Source: Catajapyx aquilonaris
Taxonomy: Eukaryota
Direction: 5' to 3'
NCBI GenBank assembly: GCA_000934665.2
Contig: KZ538116.1
Span: 1-64,000, forward strand
DNA length: 64,000 bases
A model generated the notes under the pieces. The model made no database searches. It was not told where the DNA came from and worked only from the letters and a program-made list of their open reading frames with translations. This document shows, one piece after another, positions 27,374-39,087 of this stretch (position 1 is the first letter of the stretch; each line of letters begins with the position of its first letter). Made by a program: the position numbers and the translations under genes.

Positions 27374-29550
27374 ATGGCGTCGTTCAAGTACACTCATGCG
27401 ATCGTGTGCCGCATACCGGACTCCCTGAAGGCCCAGGGGGTTGGGAACAAGGCGGACGGGGACAAGACCCAGACGGCGGGCTCCATCGACCTGGAAGAGG
27501 CGCGTCGGCAGCACGAGGCCTACGTTCGAACCTTGCGCGAACTGGGAGTTGACGTGATCGAGCTCCCTCCGGATGACAAGTACCCGAACAGCGTCTTCGT
27601 CGAGGACACCGCCGTCGTCTGCAACGGAATCGCACTGCTGACCAGGCCAGGCGGAGGTCCGGACGGAGGAGGGAAGGGAGGGAAGAACGCCAACAACACG
27701 CCTTCCAGGGAGAACGAGGTCTGCACTCAAACACAGGTGTCAGCTAGTCGCATAACGACACATATCAAAGAAGCCTCCAAAAATATGCCACAGTCGTACA
27801 AGTACTTGCGGCGAATAGTTTGAAAATTGACGTCTCCATAAAATATGTTATGTTACAAACAATCATACAAGTACTTGCAACCGAAGCACTAAGCGCTCCT
27901 CAGCCTCAGAAAAGGATGGCATGAGTCTGGACATACAAGCAAGTGTATAACAGACTTGCAAAGTAAGAAAAAATGGCAGGAATAAACCATAAGTCAATGT
28001 TCCGACTTCCGTAGCGTCATTTGGAAAGTATAGGCACCTCTATGCCTTTTCATGCAACTGTAAATTATTACAAATAATTTAAAAACCTGTTAAACGAGTT
28101 CATGAAATGTAAAAACCAGACATTTCACTTGGAAGCTGCATCAGTATTACGAGGTGATTAAAAATTTCGAAAGTGTTGATTAATATTTGCCATCCATAGA
28201 TAAAGAGCCAACGCGAATCATTTGATGTGGGTGTATGTGGGCATTTCAATTTGACTATGTTATTCTCCTAGAGTGACGTCAACATAATTCAACCTCCATG
28301 CATATCGCAGTGTCTTCGTACACATGGACAAGTTCAAGTCATTCTCAGAATGGACATCCTTCATAATTATACGTGAACTTGCAAAATATTCTATTCTTCA
28401 GCAGTATATTTGTTTGGAAAGTTTCCGATGGAGAGATGAGAAGTTTTCAAACAAATTTGTGATGTAAATTGGCATCAGCATTCTTGATACCCTTGTAGAG
28501 CAAATGAGCACTGGCCTACTTTTGAAGGGTGATGTCACTACTTGAGAGGAGGAAGTCGTAAAAAGACTACAATGTGACCTTGACTTCAGGTGCAGACTGT
28601 GAGAGCTGTGCTTAAGAAGGAGTTGGATCTGCCAACGGTTGAGATCAGCGATGAGAAGGCAAGGCTGGATGGAGGTGACGTCCTGTTCACCGGCCGGGAG
28701 TTCTTTGTCGGCATATCAAAGAGAACCAATGAGGCTGGGGCAAGAGCCGTGGCAGCTGCATTTCCAGAGTTCTCATGCACTCCAATTAAGGTGAGGCATG
28801 ACTCAATTAAATTAATTTTTAAAGATGAAACTAAGAGCTAGTAAACTCCCCTGAGAAGAAAAAAACCCAAAACTTTTTTGTGGCATGTAGTAAAAAAGCA
28901 GTATTAGCATGAAGGAATTATTTAGAACCGGTTTGCTATTTGACAAAAGAGACTGAACTGCAAAAATTATGTGGTACTTACCAGTGATGTTTTTTGCATG
29001 CTGTAGATGCTATTAATTATTATCACAGGAGTCTTGAGATTGAAAATGGTTTTTTGCAGGTTCCTGAAGGAACACACCTGAAGGCATTTGTGTCGGTGGC
29101 AGGACCAGACGTACTCTGCGTAAGTGAAGGGCATGAACACCAGGATATTCTGAAGGTAAGGTACCTACACATCCATTACAAAAATCACGTGATGACAGTA
29201 TTTTACAATTTTTTAGCGCATAGAGAGGGAAGCAACATTTCGTTACCGGACTGTGACTGTACCGGAAGATGACGCTTCAAATGTCCTGTATGTCAATGGA
29301 TGCTTGATCCATCGCTCTGCTGATGAGATTCCAAAGTCATTCCCAGTGAGTAGTGCAGATCTACAACTCTGCTACCAAACGCCAAAGACAGGACATCCCG
29401 CATAATAATACTACTTTTCTACAGGTGTTTGGCGAAAAGATAGACTATGCACGGAGATGGTTGAGCATTGCAGAACTGGCAAAGGCATCAGGATCGCTAA
29501 CAGCCTGCAGCATCCTCATCCGTAAGACAAAGCATCTGAAGAACCTGTGA
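27374..29550 (+). CDS. DDAH: Dimethylarginine dimethylaminohydrolase-like (pentein fold; 5 exons)
   Basis: Motifs FKYTHAIVCRIP, QHEAYVRTLRELG, SVFVEDTAVVC, LDGGDVLFTGREFFVGISKRTN, HLKAFVS and GSLTACSILI. Exons 27374-27718, 28590-28790, 29060-29155, 29217-29345, 29425-29550. Confidence 0.93.
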
Positions 29551-31879
29551 ATTCCTCATCGTTCATTCCTGTCTCACCTCATCCTCACATTTGTTACGCC
29601 AACGCTTGCTTTAGTTTTCATTTGCTACAAAGTCCTAGTCTTGAAAGCAAGAGTGCAGTCTCCTTACAGGCAAGGTTCGGTATTTCGGAAAGTTGGGCCT
29701 CCGAAATCATAAAAATCCCTCATTCCAAACATGCAGTCAGTTTTAGAATTGGAGTGAAAACTCAACTATTCAAATGGTGCCGAACATTTCGCCATTTCTC
29801 ATCCAGCGGCACCATGTATACTACAAGCATGGCCAACAGCTCAATATCTTTTGTGTGAAGTGTTACACTTGTGCTGTTTGTTTCTGAAACTGACCACACA
29901 TTTGGATTCTGAGAATCCCCCCCTCTTCCCCAACATTTGAGACTCAACTTCCCGAAATACTGAGAGCTGCCTAATGCCCTCCCTCTACCTCCTCCCCTTA
30001 TGAAAACAATCACCTAAGCGTAAAGAAAAGATCAATAGTGTATATTGTTATGAAGATGTTGCTCATTAGTAGGCAGCAAATTTAAATGGCAGTTATGAAG
30101 TGTTGTTAACAGGTGTCTGCACAGTTTGGGTTGTGCTATTTTGAGCCCTATGGAAAATTGCAGCTGGATTTAAAAAAAAAGTACAAAACGCTCTAGTTTT
30201 GGTTGTGACCTGGATTGGCATCTATATTGTGAAAGTAATGAGAAATTTTGAGCAAGTAACAAGCCAGACACCTGTAATTGTAACATGGGAATGTCATGTT
30301 GACTGCATGATTGTGACTTCGATTGGGTATTTTCTAGGATGGAAAATGCTTTAATGGCACTTTTTTTAAAAAAAAAAGGTTTAGACTATAATTCCTGAGT
30401 GCTTTTAAGTTGTGTTGACCAAATATTTCCTGCAAGCTAACATTTTGGCTTTCGCAGCTAAGCGGGGTTTGTGAGACCATTTCAAAAAGCACAAAGCAGC
30501 TATGTTACATTCCTACTTTTTATCAGTCTTTGTAGTGTTAATAATAAAAAGAGCAGATGATCTCTATTTTGAACGGAAAATGTAAGGGCAGCACTCGAGA
30601 TATTCATGGTGAAGGAAAATTAGGCAGCACAAGTGGCGTTTTAATATTATTGTTCCCGATGTTTGATATTAGTGTGTTGAGGAAAAGGAAAAAAAAAGAA
30701 GTCGAATTTTAGGGTATATGTTACTGTTGGCTGTTAACAGTGTTACTCTTTAAATGTGAGGAGAGAATTAGTCAGTTGTTGGGGGGGAAGTGAGTTATAA
30801 TTTTTTTTTGTCTCCAAGAATATTTTGTTTAAAGAAAATCAATCATGCATAATAATTCTTTTATAACAGAGGGCATAAAGAATGAGCACTATTTGATGTG
30901 CCTAACCAAAGATCGTGTGTTCTTTACGAGAGAGCCCAAAAAAAGCAGACCAGTGGCAGTAACAATGGTTTTCTTTCTCTCTCATTTGTTTTGAATTTTG
31001 TGTTTGTATTTTTGTACTGAGATTTTTTTTGTTCTCCAAGAATCTGATATGTTTTGATAGGCTCTGGAGTATATTACATGAGCTAGGTGCTTACGTATAT
31101 GAAGTGGTACAAAGAAAAGCATGGTCCAAGTCATCTGCATTCCTAGAACATTGTATAAAAAGCACAATCGTCACTGAAATCGTGGATATGTAGTATACTG
31201 TACATGGGAAACGCAAAACAGCCTTAGGAGTCTAAAAGTGATTCACCCTTTTTACGGATTTTATGTACTATGCAAAATAATGGGAAAAAAATGCTGCTTC
31301 AGGATGCTGGTTTCTGTTAACCCTTTCATTCCAATGTCTAGCAAGTTTTATTCCAATGCTTATTGCATCCACTTAAAAAAGAAACTGCCACGACACTCAA
31401 CTGCCATAATTTGTGGGGTCTTGTACGTACAGGAATGAAAGGGTTATAAAATGCACAATATTTGTGGTGCCATTTGCTCACTCATGAGATTCTGTTTTAT
31501 CTTTTTTTGTTTGTTGACAAGTGGGGTTGCTACTGTAGTATATTTTTTAGGAAGAACACACTGTTTGGCAATCCAGAGGTTTCACGCCTGTATTTCGTGT
31601 TTCTTTGCTTCCCAGATATTAGACTGAGCTCAACCGAGCAGATTGCATTTGTCTATATATATTTTTTCTTCATTTCCATCAAATGTATCATCTTCAATTG
31701 CTTCCTCAGGCTTGGAAATAAAGATTTATGAATGTGCATAAATTATTTTTATTATGATTAGGTACTATATGTTTCAACAATGTCATGATTGCTATAATAC
31801 TCTTCACACTCCCTAATTTTCATAATTAGTGACTCTTGGGCAAACCAGTTTATTATTGTATGCAGTCACCTTTGCGATT

Positions 31880-34300
31880 TTCAGGCACTCGCACAACACC
31901 GAGAGTGAAGACGAACAATGAGATGTCATGTGCTAGCCTTGTCAATATTGTGACAAAATATCGCTTGCAGATCCTGCTGATATGAAGCCAAACCAGCATC
32001 TGAGTCATGGCAAGGCCAAATTCAATATGGATAATAATATCACCAGTCAAGAATCAGAAAGAGACATAAATCATTTTCAGGGCCCCTGGTATGTCCGCAG
32101 AGCACCTGAAGTTCCAGATGTCCTTCATACCTGATACCTTTTCGTGCCAATAAAGGTTCCTACAAAAATGGTTGATGCTCCCTTTCGATCCTTCACTCTT
32201 AACATGTTGAGTAAAAGGAAACAGACCCAGAGGCAGTATCAAAATATTGTGTTGAAGCAAGGGACAGTGTCATATCTTAATGTAACGGATAACTTGGGAT
32301 GTAAGAGACCTGGGGCTCAATCCACAAAAAATAGTTCGTTGTTTGCAATGCTTTTTGTGATGCGATCCTTTGGCCTAAAGCCCAAACTACACACACACAA
32401 AATCGTAAACAGCTACAACTTTTTTATGAAATGGAACCCCAGATGATAAGATGCACAGCAATGAAGCTATCTGCTGTCAATACCAATGATTTTCCTATCA
32501 CTTTCCCTGCTTGTCTGTATTTGGCCTCAACATCTCATGTGCAAGCCTTCTATGCAGCAATGGAAGTACTATCGGGTTCAAATACTTTTGGCCACTTTAT
32601 CCTGGTCTTAAAGCAACCCTTCACACAGGCCCCACGTTAAGGAGGTCTGTGTGTGTGAAGGGTTGCTTCAAGACCAGGATAAAGTGGCCAAACGTATTTG
32701 AACCCGATAGTACATCCCACCAATGACAGATTAGATCACTCTTACATCACATTTCTGAACTAGTAATAATAAAATTCTTCTCTGCTCAGCAACAACTTTG
32801 CATAAGAGCTTCATCTGTACCAGGATGACCTCAATGCTCATAACGAAACTAGCTTACTTTGGTACGAACATCATTCTGTAAATGAGCAAAAATTACTCTT
32901 ATATTAACAGTTTCCATTTCAAAGCTGTCACATGCTGCAACACTGACACACTGATCTTAAATTCACTTCACAAACTCTGTCGAGCACGTGCGTGAAAAGT
33001 GCAGATAATCTTCAGCACCAAGTTTCTCCTGGCAACTGCTATAATTTCTTTTGCCTTCAATTTGCATATTAATAGGCCACTGCAAAAATTCTATTTCCTG
33101 CTCAAACCATTCCGGCCAGACAGAATCTGTGAACCAATCTATGTAATCTTCGCATTGCCCAAACCAATTTCCACATTAATTTCATTTCCATCCTTACATT
33201 ACTATGGTGAAGGCGAACTAGCTCAGGACTTGGAATTTTCTACTGAAGGCTCTCCCTTGTCGCAATACTTTTTGCAAGTTAATGTACATGGATCTAGTTA
33301 CATAATTTTTCCACTGTCCCCACCTACATTATAATATCTAAACCATCAAGTTAATAACAGCTTTTTGGAAGCAGCAGTGTTATCTTGTAGGTTTCATATA
33401 TTAGTTTTTTTTGTCACAAGTTGACAGGAACAATGCCTTGTAACGGTTAGTAAGCCCCTGTAAAGGCACCATTTTTTTGTCACAAAATAATAGATACTTA
33501 ATTTATCATAAAATACAATGCAAAGTTAACGTTATTATAAAACTCATTAACATTTTCCAAACCTAAACGTTGTCAAATTAACAACACAGTTACAGCACCA
33601 CAAACGATGACAAATTGTGCTTCTTTTTTTGAACTACATTCTAAACCACTGGAAGCCATTTGCATAACTAGACCTCTACATGCTCATACAAATAAATGCT
33701 AAAAAATATATGGTGGGTAAACACCCTTATTGCAAAAAATGTATCCTCTCTTCATTTTTTTCTGGGCATCCAGTGCACATCTCCCAAAATACAAGAAAGC
33801 CTCTGGTGGATTTTGCATGATATGAGAATATAATATCGGGTGCTTCCAAACACAAATTTACTCGAGTTATTTACTTACGTTATGTCGTTGGAATGGCAAG
33901 AAGAGCAGTGATGTTTGTGTACAAAAAGAGTTACGTGAGTGTTCAACAAGACTTTTGAGACATGGCACTATTGCTGAGGTGCCCCATTTGTACTTTTCTA
34001 CTGGACTATAGTTCTCCCAAAAACGTAACATTATTGATTGCAACGACTCTTCATTGCCACCGAATGCAAGTGCGCTCTTGTGGAAGTCAGCCGAGTCAAA
34101 GAAACCTTTAATCCCATTAGGCAAAAAGTGCCGTAAAATGGAGGAGGGTGTGAAGTCACTATCCAATCTGATTGCCAATAGAGCATCGACTGCCCCTGCC
34201 GCTATTTTGCATATAAACATGACACAAAACCCCTGGTATATCCTCTATTCAAGGCTGTACTTTTCCAGTACCCTGAGCTTTGTCACCACAGAAACCATCT
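31880..34300 (-). pseudogene. Heavily decayed G2E3-like HECT ubiquitin-ligase relic, possibly transposon cargo
   Basis: Broken minus-strand fragments ILRHFLPNGIKGFFDSADF, VEAKYRQAGKVIGKSL and HTRGPENDLCLFL/FLTGDIIIHIEF occur in the order expected for G2E3-like HECT proteins, with many stops and frameshifts. Recognised by eye only. Confidence 0.4.
32569..32710. mobile_element. Near-perfect hairpin MITE, TA flanked
   Basis: About 55-bp arms ctatcgggttcaaatac..aacccttcacaca / tgtgtgaagggtt..gtatttgaacccgatag with very few mismatches. Confidence 0.85.
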
Positions 34301-35160
34301 GTTCCTAGGCCATTCGATCATGCCATGAAACTGTCTAATCCAGATCATGGCATGTCGGTAATTTCCAATTAATTGCGAATTCTGGGGCTATTCAGACGCT
34401 TAATCTATGCATGACCTTAGGCGTGTGTAAATATAATCACTGTCATGTGCATGTGCATAAAAAAGTGTGCTTTGGCCTGAATCTTTAATTCTTCGATGAT
34501 CACAGATATCACAATGGAATATCATAATTCTGTGGCCCCCATGATGCGTGTAAAGAGCCGAACAAAACGGAGCATTTTCCTTAAATCACATTTAAGTTAT
34601 AAATCCTGATTGTACTATGCATTCAATAAAATTGGCACATGATGCCATGTACTCCAGCTCCTCAAGTAAGGAAATAAAAAGTATTCGTCATGATTGTGCA
34701 TTAATAAATACAGTACATAAAAATTACCTCTCGTGGCAGCTCACTCTATTAGTTCCTGCAGCATTTCACCCACTACCCTCGGGAATCTGTCTAGATCATC
34801 TAAATAAACATAACCTTTTTGCATTTATCACAAAAGACCCAGAACAACAACTGCTTTCTTAGGTGACAATAATTGTTATGCATAGTAACAAACCTAGGAA
34901 CTTGTTTTTTGCTGGTTCCATTTCATTTTTAAATAAATAATTTTTTGTGTGCGAGACATCCACACCCGCCTCCTAAATCTGGACCCCAATAGTCCCATCC
35001 TCGCCAGCCTCCTTGGTGTGAAAGGCCGTGACATGGCATACCTTGTGACTGCTAGCCTGGCCAACAACTGCCTGGTCTGCTACAAGACAACAATCTGCAC
35101 TAGTACTGGGTGGTGCAGGGACAGTGGATGGTGGGACATCGCGCTCTACATTTGCCCCCT

Positions 35161-36675
35161 CTACCTGTCCCGACCTGATACTCTCCAACTCCACGCCTCT
35201 CCTGGTCTCTGGAGAATTGCCGCTCTGCTGCTGACACTTGCCAGGGGGCTTTAAGGTGGTGCTCGCCAGGTAACCAACGTCATCAAGGAGAGCAAGTTGT
35301 GGGAGGACCTGTACTTAGGAGAGGGAGGGAAAGAGAGAGAAAAGTAACAGATCTCCATCCGCAGAAGTGGCACAAAAATTGGAAATGGGCAAATCAACTT
35401 ACTGGCTCCATGTCGACCTCAACGTGATCATCAACCATCTCCAGTTTCTCCATGAGCTCCGACAGCTTTCGGGCCTTCCTCATCTCATTCTGCTCTATGA
35501 TCGTACAAAGGTGCTCAGTCAAGAGCTCCTTCTTCTCCAGCTTGCCAAACAGCTGGAGTTTGGCTTCAACAAACTCCTTCTCTGCACGGTCGTACCGCTT
35601 CCTGTACACATTGGAACAAATTTATATCCTCCTGCGCATGAGAACCACCAAATAAACAAAGCATTACTCACTGAGCCTCCAGAAAGTCCAGACTTGCTGT
35701 CTCAATCTGGTCTCGGAGGATGGCCACATCTGAACTGAGCAAATTGTCTAGTTTCTGCAACTCTTCCTGGATCTGATGCAGCTTCTTGGTCTCCGCCTGT
35801 GTTCTTTTCTTCCTGTAAGGCCAATTATTGATCAACTGTTCAAATCACACCCAATACCGTGCATCTTGTCCTGACCTGTCCGCAATGGCTCTGGCCAGCA
35901 GTTCCTTCTTCTTTCTATTCTGTTCCTCGATGTACTTCTGCCGCTGCTGAAACTCAACCAGCTTCGACACCTCTCTGTCCCTGCAAGCCACAGTCTTGTC
36001 CTCTACGACAGCTACCTGCTGATCCACCCCTTCTCTCTCAAAAGCTGCCTGATTCACAATCAAGCTGCCAGAATTGTTGTACGAAGAGGTGGCCTCACTT
36101 GACGACGACACATCTTCCTTGCTTCCAACAGGGCTTGTCTGGCTACTAGAAGACGGTGAGCTGCTATTCGACATGATGGCCGCATTGCCACCGTTCAGTA
36201 TCTCAAAGCTGTTGCCATCCACAATCTTCAGCTTCACTGTCCTAGATGGACTCGACGGGGCCGTGCAATCGGACTTGTCCTGCGGAATCTCCTATAATTT
36301 TCATTATAATAAGTTCTGAAGTTTGTGCAACTCACAGTACCATAATACGAACCTTCTGCTGCGACAACAAGGCCTCGGCGGGAACGGGCAACGCCATGTC
36401 AGCAGACCAGGACTGAAACAGCCGTTCTCTCCGACCACGTCCGCCTTTGACGGCCGGTACGCTCCTACTTCCTTCTGCAAAACCAGACATGCAGCCATCA
36501 CGGAACAAGTTCTATATTTTAATTGCTGCAACGTTCTATTTGCAAACATGCTGCCCCGCTCTAATAATATATTGCATGCTCCTGTCAGCCAACCCAAAAA
36601 CTCACTGGAATCGTTGAGTCCCCTCCTGATTTTGTCCAGTTCTTCCTCAGTGAAGCCAGCCCATCGGCCGGCCAT
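35161..36675 (-). CDS. GORAB: RAB6-interacting golgin GORAB (6 exons; C-terminus uncertain)
   Basis: N-terminal [13 protein letters not shown] and coiled coil [83 protein letters not shown]. Exons 36675-36606, 36474-36353, 36291-35876, 35812-35672, 35601-35403, 35308-35161. Confidence 0.9.
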
Positions 36676-36983
36676 ACCCTCGCCGTCGCTGTTCGACGAC
36701 GACGGCAGCTGCCGAGTAGCTGACGGCCACCCCTCAGAAACACGTCGATCGAACCTGCGAATCAAATTTTAACACGACTTGCCCACCGCCGCTTATTTAA
36801 AAAACGGCAGAAACATTTCGAAGTCAGTTTGGCACCTTTTAAAGTTAATTTATTTTTTTAATAATTCGGGCGAGTCCATTTTGGGGCTGAGGGTGTTGAC
36901 GTCACTGGCTCGGGCGGCTCATTCGAATCTGAGCGATCGGAGAACAAGGTTTGTTTTCTTCTTCTTCGGTTGTTATTCGAACC
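36676..36983. promoter_or_regulatory. Compact bidirectional GORAB/CCNB1IP1 promoter
   Basis: Only 308 bp between divergent ATGs, with CRE tgacgtca at 36897-36904. Confidence 0.65.
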
Positions 36984-38815
36984 ATGGCGGACATGCAGCT
37001 GGTGTGTAACCAGCAGAATTGCAGGAAGGTTCTGAAGAACGTGGCTTGGATCACCAGCTGCTCACACGCCTTCTGCGAGGACGACATCAACCGGCAGCAG
37101 TCGTCCACCCAGCACACTTGCCCTGCCTGCCAGTCCGTGCTGGCCGACCAGTACGACGTGGTCAAGGTTGACCTCAACCCTTCTGAACAGTTCAAGTCGG
37201 TAAGGATCCTCATTCAGGGGTTTAAATGTTCACTGATTTGGATGACAGGTTTATTGCTATGGAATTCAAGCAAACAGCAGTGTTGACCTTACACGTTGGA
37301 GACGAGGAAGATGAAAAGGTGCAACTGGTCATAATAGAATAGCCGTTCTATGCCAGTTCCAGATTAAGTCCAATTTAGTACAGTTTAATAGAATTTACTA
37401 GTCTCGTAGATCTCTATTCTACTTGTATGGACACTGTAAACCGCAAAAACATTAAAAGAACATCACCGGTGAGTCTCCCACGGAGCATCAATTTCTAATG
37501 CTCTTGTGATGCTTTCTAGCAACAAAAAAAGCATCACAAGAGCATTAGAAATTATTGAGACTCAGTAGTGATGCTCTTTTAATGTTTTGCTGTTTACAGC
37601 GTAGGCTATACAGTAGTAAAATAAACAACAGTCATGTTTCTACACTGTAAACCGCAAAACATTAAAAAGAGCATCACTGGTGGAGCATCAATTTCTAATG
37701 CTCTTTTAATGTTTTTAGCAACAAAAAGCATTGCAAGAGCATCATCAAACCATTAAAAAATTGTTTTTCCATTGGGTGATGCTCTTTTGAGGCTCTTTTA
37801 ATGCTGTGTGGTGATTTTCAGTTTGCAATGTAGGTAACAAAATGTGTCCCGTAGCAACTCTTCTTCATATCCATGCCCATACGATACGCACTTCTTCCTA
37901 ATAATTCTATTAAAATCAATCATCGAAATGTCTCATGAATTTAAAATGAAACTGTCTGCACCTCAATCTCTGGCAGATGGTGCTGGTTGGGCTTCGTCCT
38001 GACACCATCCTCGATGTGGCTTATCGTGCGATGGCATTCTGGTTGTACCAGACCAACCAGGAGAGGGTTTACCAGGAGGTGTTGGCTGCTAATTACAGAG
38101 ACAGGGTGCACCAAATGGAGGAGTACAATAGGAGCATTCTGGCCAGGCTCAAGGCGGAGATACAAAATCTTCGTCGTCAAGTCGAAGGCATGTCATTTGT
38201 TTATTGAGGGAGGAAATGTCACAGAGACGCATGTGTAAATAGTAGCTAATTAGTTTTCTCTCATAGTGTGTACGGAAAATCTGGAGAAGGAGGCAAAAAG
38301 AGCAGAGGAGCTGGCAGAGCAGCTCGCAGACAAGAGCCGGCAGTACCAGAAGTTGCAGGCAGCATATGAATCAATGCGACGATGCACACTTGCGACTGCC
38401 ATGGTACCTGGCCAGATACCTGGGAAGGCCAGCAGTGTCATCAATGTGTCTGCGTTTGGTCCCAAGCCAATGGGCAGGGTCATAGGAGGGTGTCCAATAG
38501 GTGGTGTCAACAGCGGTGGAGATATTCCTGGGAGAAATACAGGTAATCTACCTAAGTTGCCTCACTTGCCTGAGGCAATAAATCTGTGTCATCTGATCTG
38601 TTTGCTCAGTACAGTGCATGATGTTTCCGGTGCACTTAAGCCACTGCAGCAACCAAGCAGGTTCTTTCCTGTACAGTTGTGACCATTTCATGCTGCAACC
38701 GCAGAGTATTGACGCTCTTGTCTTTTCTCCCTTCGCAGGTTTTCGGTTCACGCCAGTGAGGGGAAACGGACCGACTCCACCCAAGCGGATTGCCAGACCG
38801 GGTCATCCAAACTGA
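36984..38815 (+). CDS. CCNB1IP1: Meiotic RING E3 ligase CCNB1IP1/HEI10
   Basis: RING CNQQNCRKVL..AWITSCSHAFC..CPAC, then LNPSEQFKS|MVLVGLRP..RAMAFWLYQ and a coiled coil ending RQYQKLQAAYESMRR. Exons 36984-37199, 37977-38187 (GC donor), 38267-38542, a possible small exon near 38610-38661, and 38739-38815. The 3' structure is less certain. Confidence 0.88.
37432..37830. mobile_element. Two adjacent copies of a CACTG-ended palindromic MITE in CCNB1IP1 intron 1
   Basis: Both begin cactgtaaaccgcaaaa(a)cattaaaa (37432 and 37643) and contain aagagcatca / tgatgctctt inverted subrepeats. Copy 1 ends gtttacagcg at 37601. Confidence 0.75.
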
Positions 38816-39087
38816 TCCTCATTCATCAGTGTTCGTCTTCTCCCCTGTGTAGGGCAATCATGCTGTTAAGTTTTGAGGTGTGTTTTTGTGTTGTGTTTAA
38901 AAATAAAGAAAGAGAAAGGACCTCCAATCATGAGATACCGCTAACCATTCAATAGCATACCCTCCTTTTTTGTTGTGGTGGGTCTTGGCCTGATTTGTCT
39001 TTTTTGTAACGAGGCACCTTTTGTGCAGAACTGGGTCGCTGGTATAAAGCTAAAATGTTGGCCGCTGTTCCTGTCAGTTTGTACACA

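Noticed and set aside
29551..31730. About 2.2-kb AT-rich stretch after DDAH
   Set aside because: It is best explained as a long 3'UTR (AATAAA near 31717), with no structured RNA or ORF supportable.
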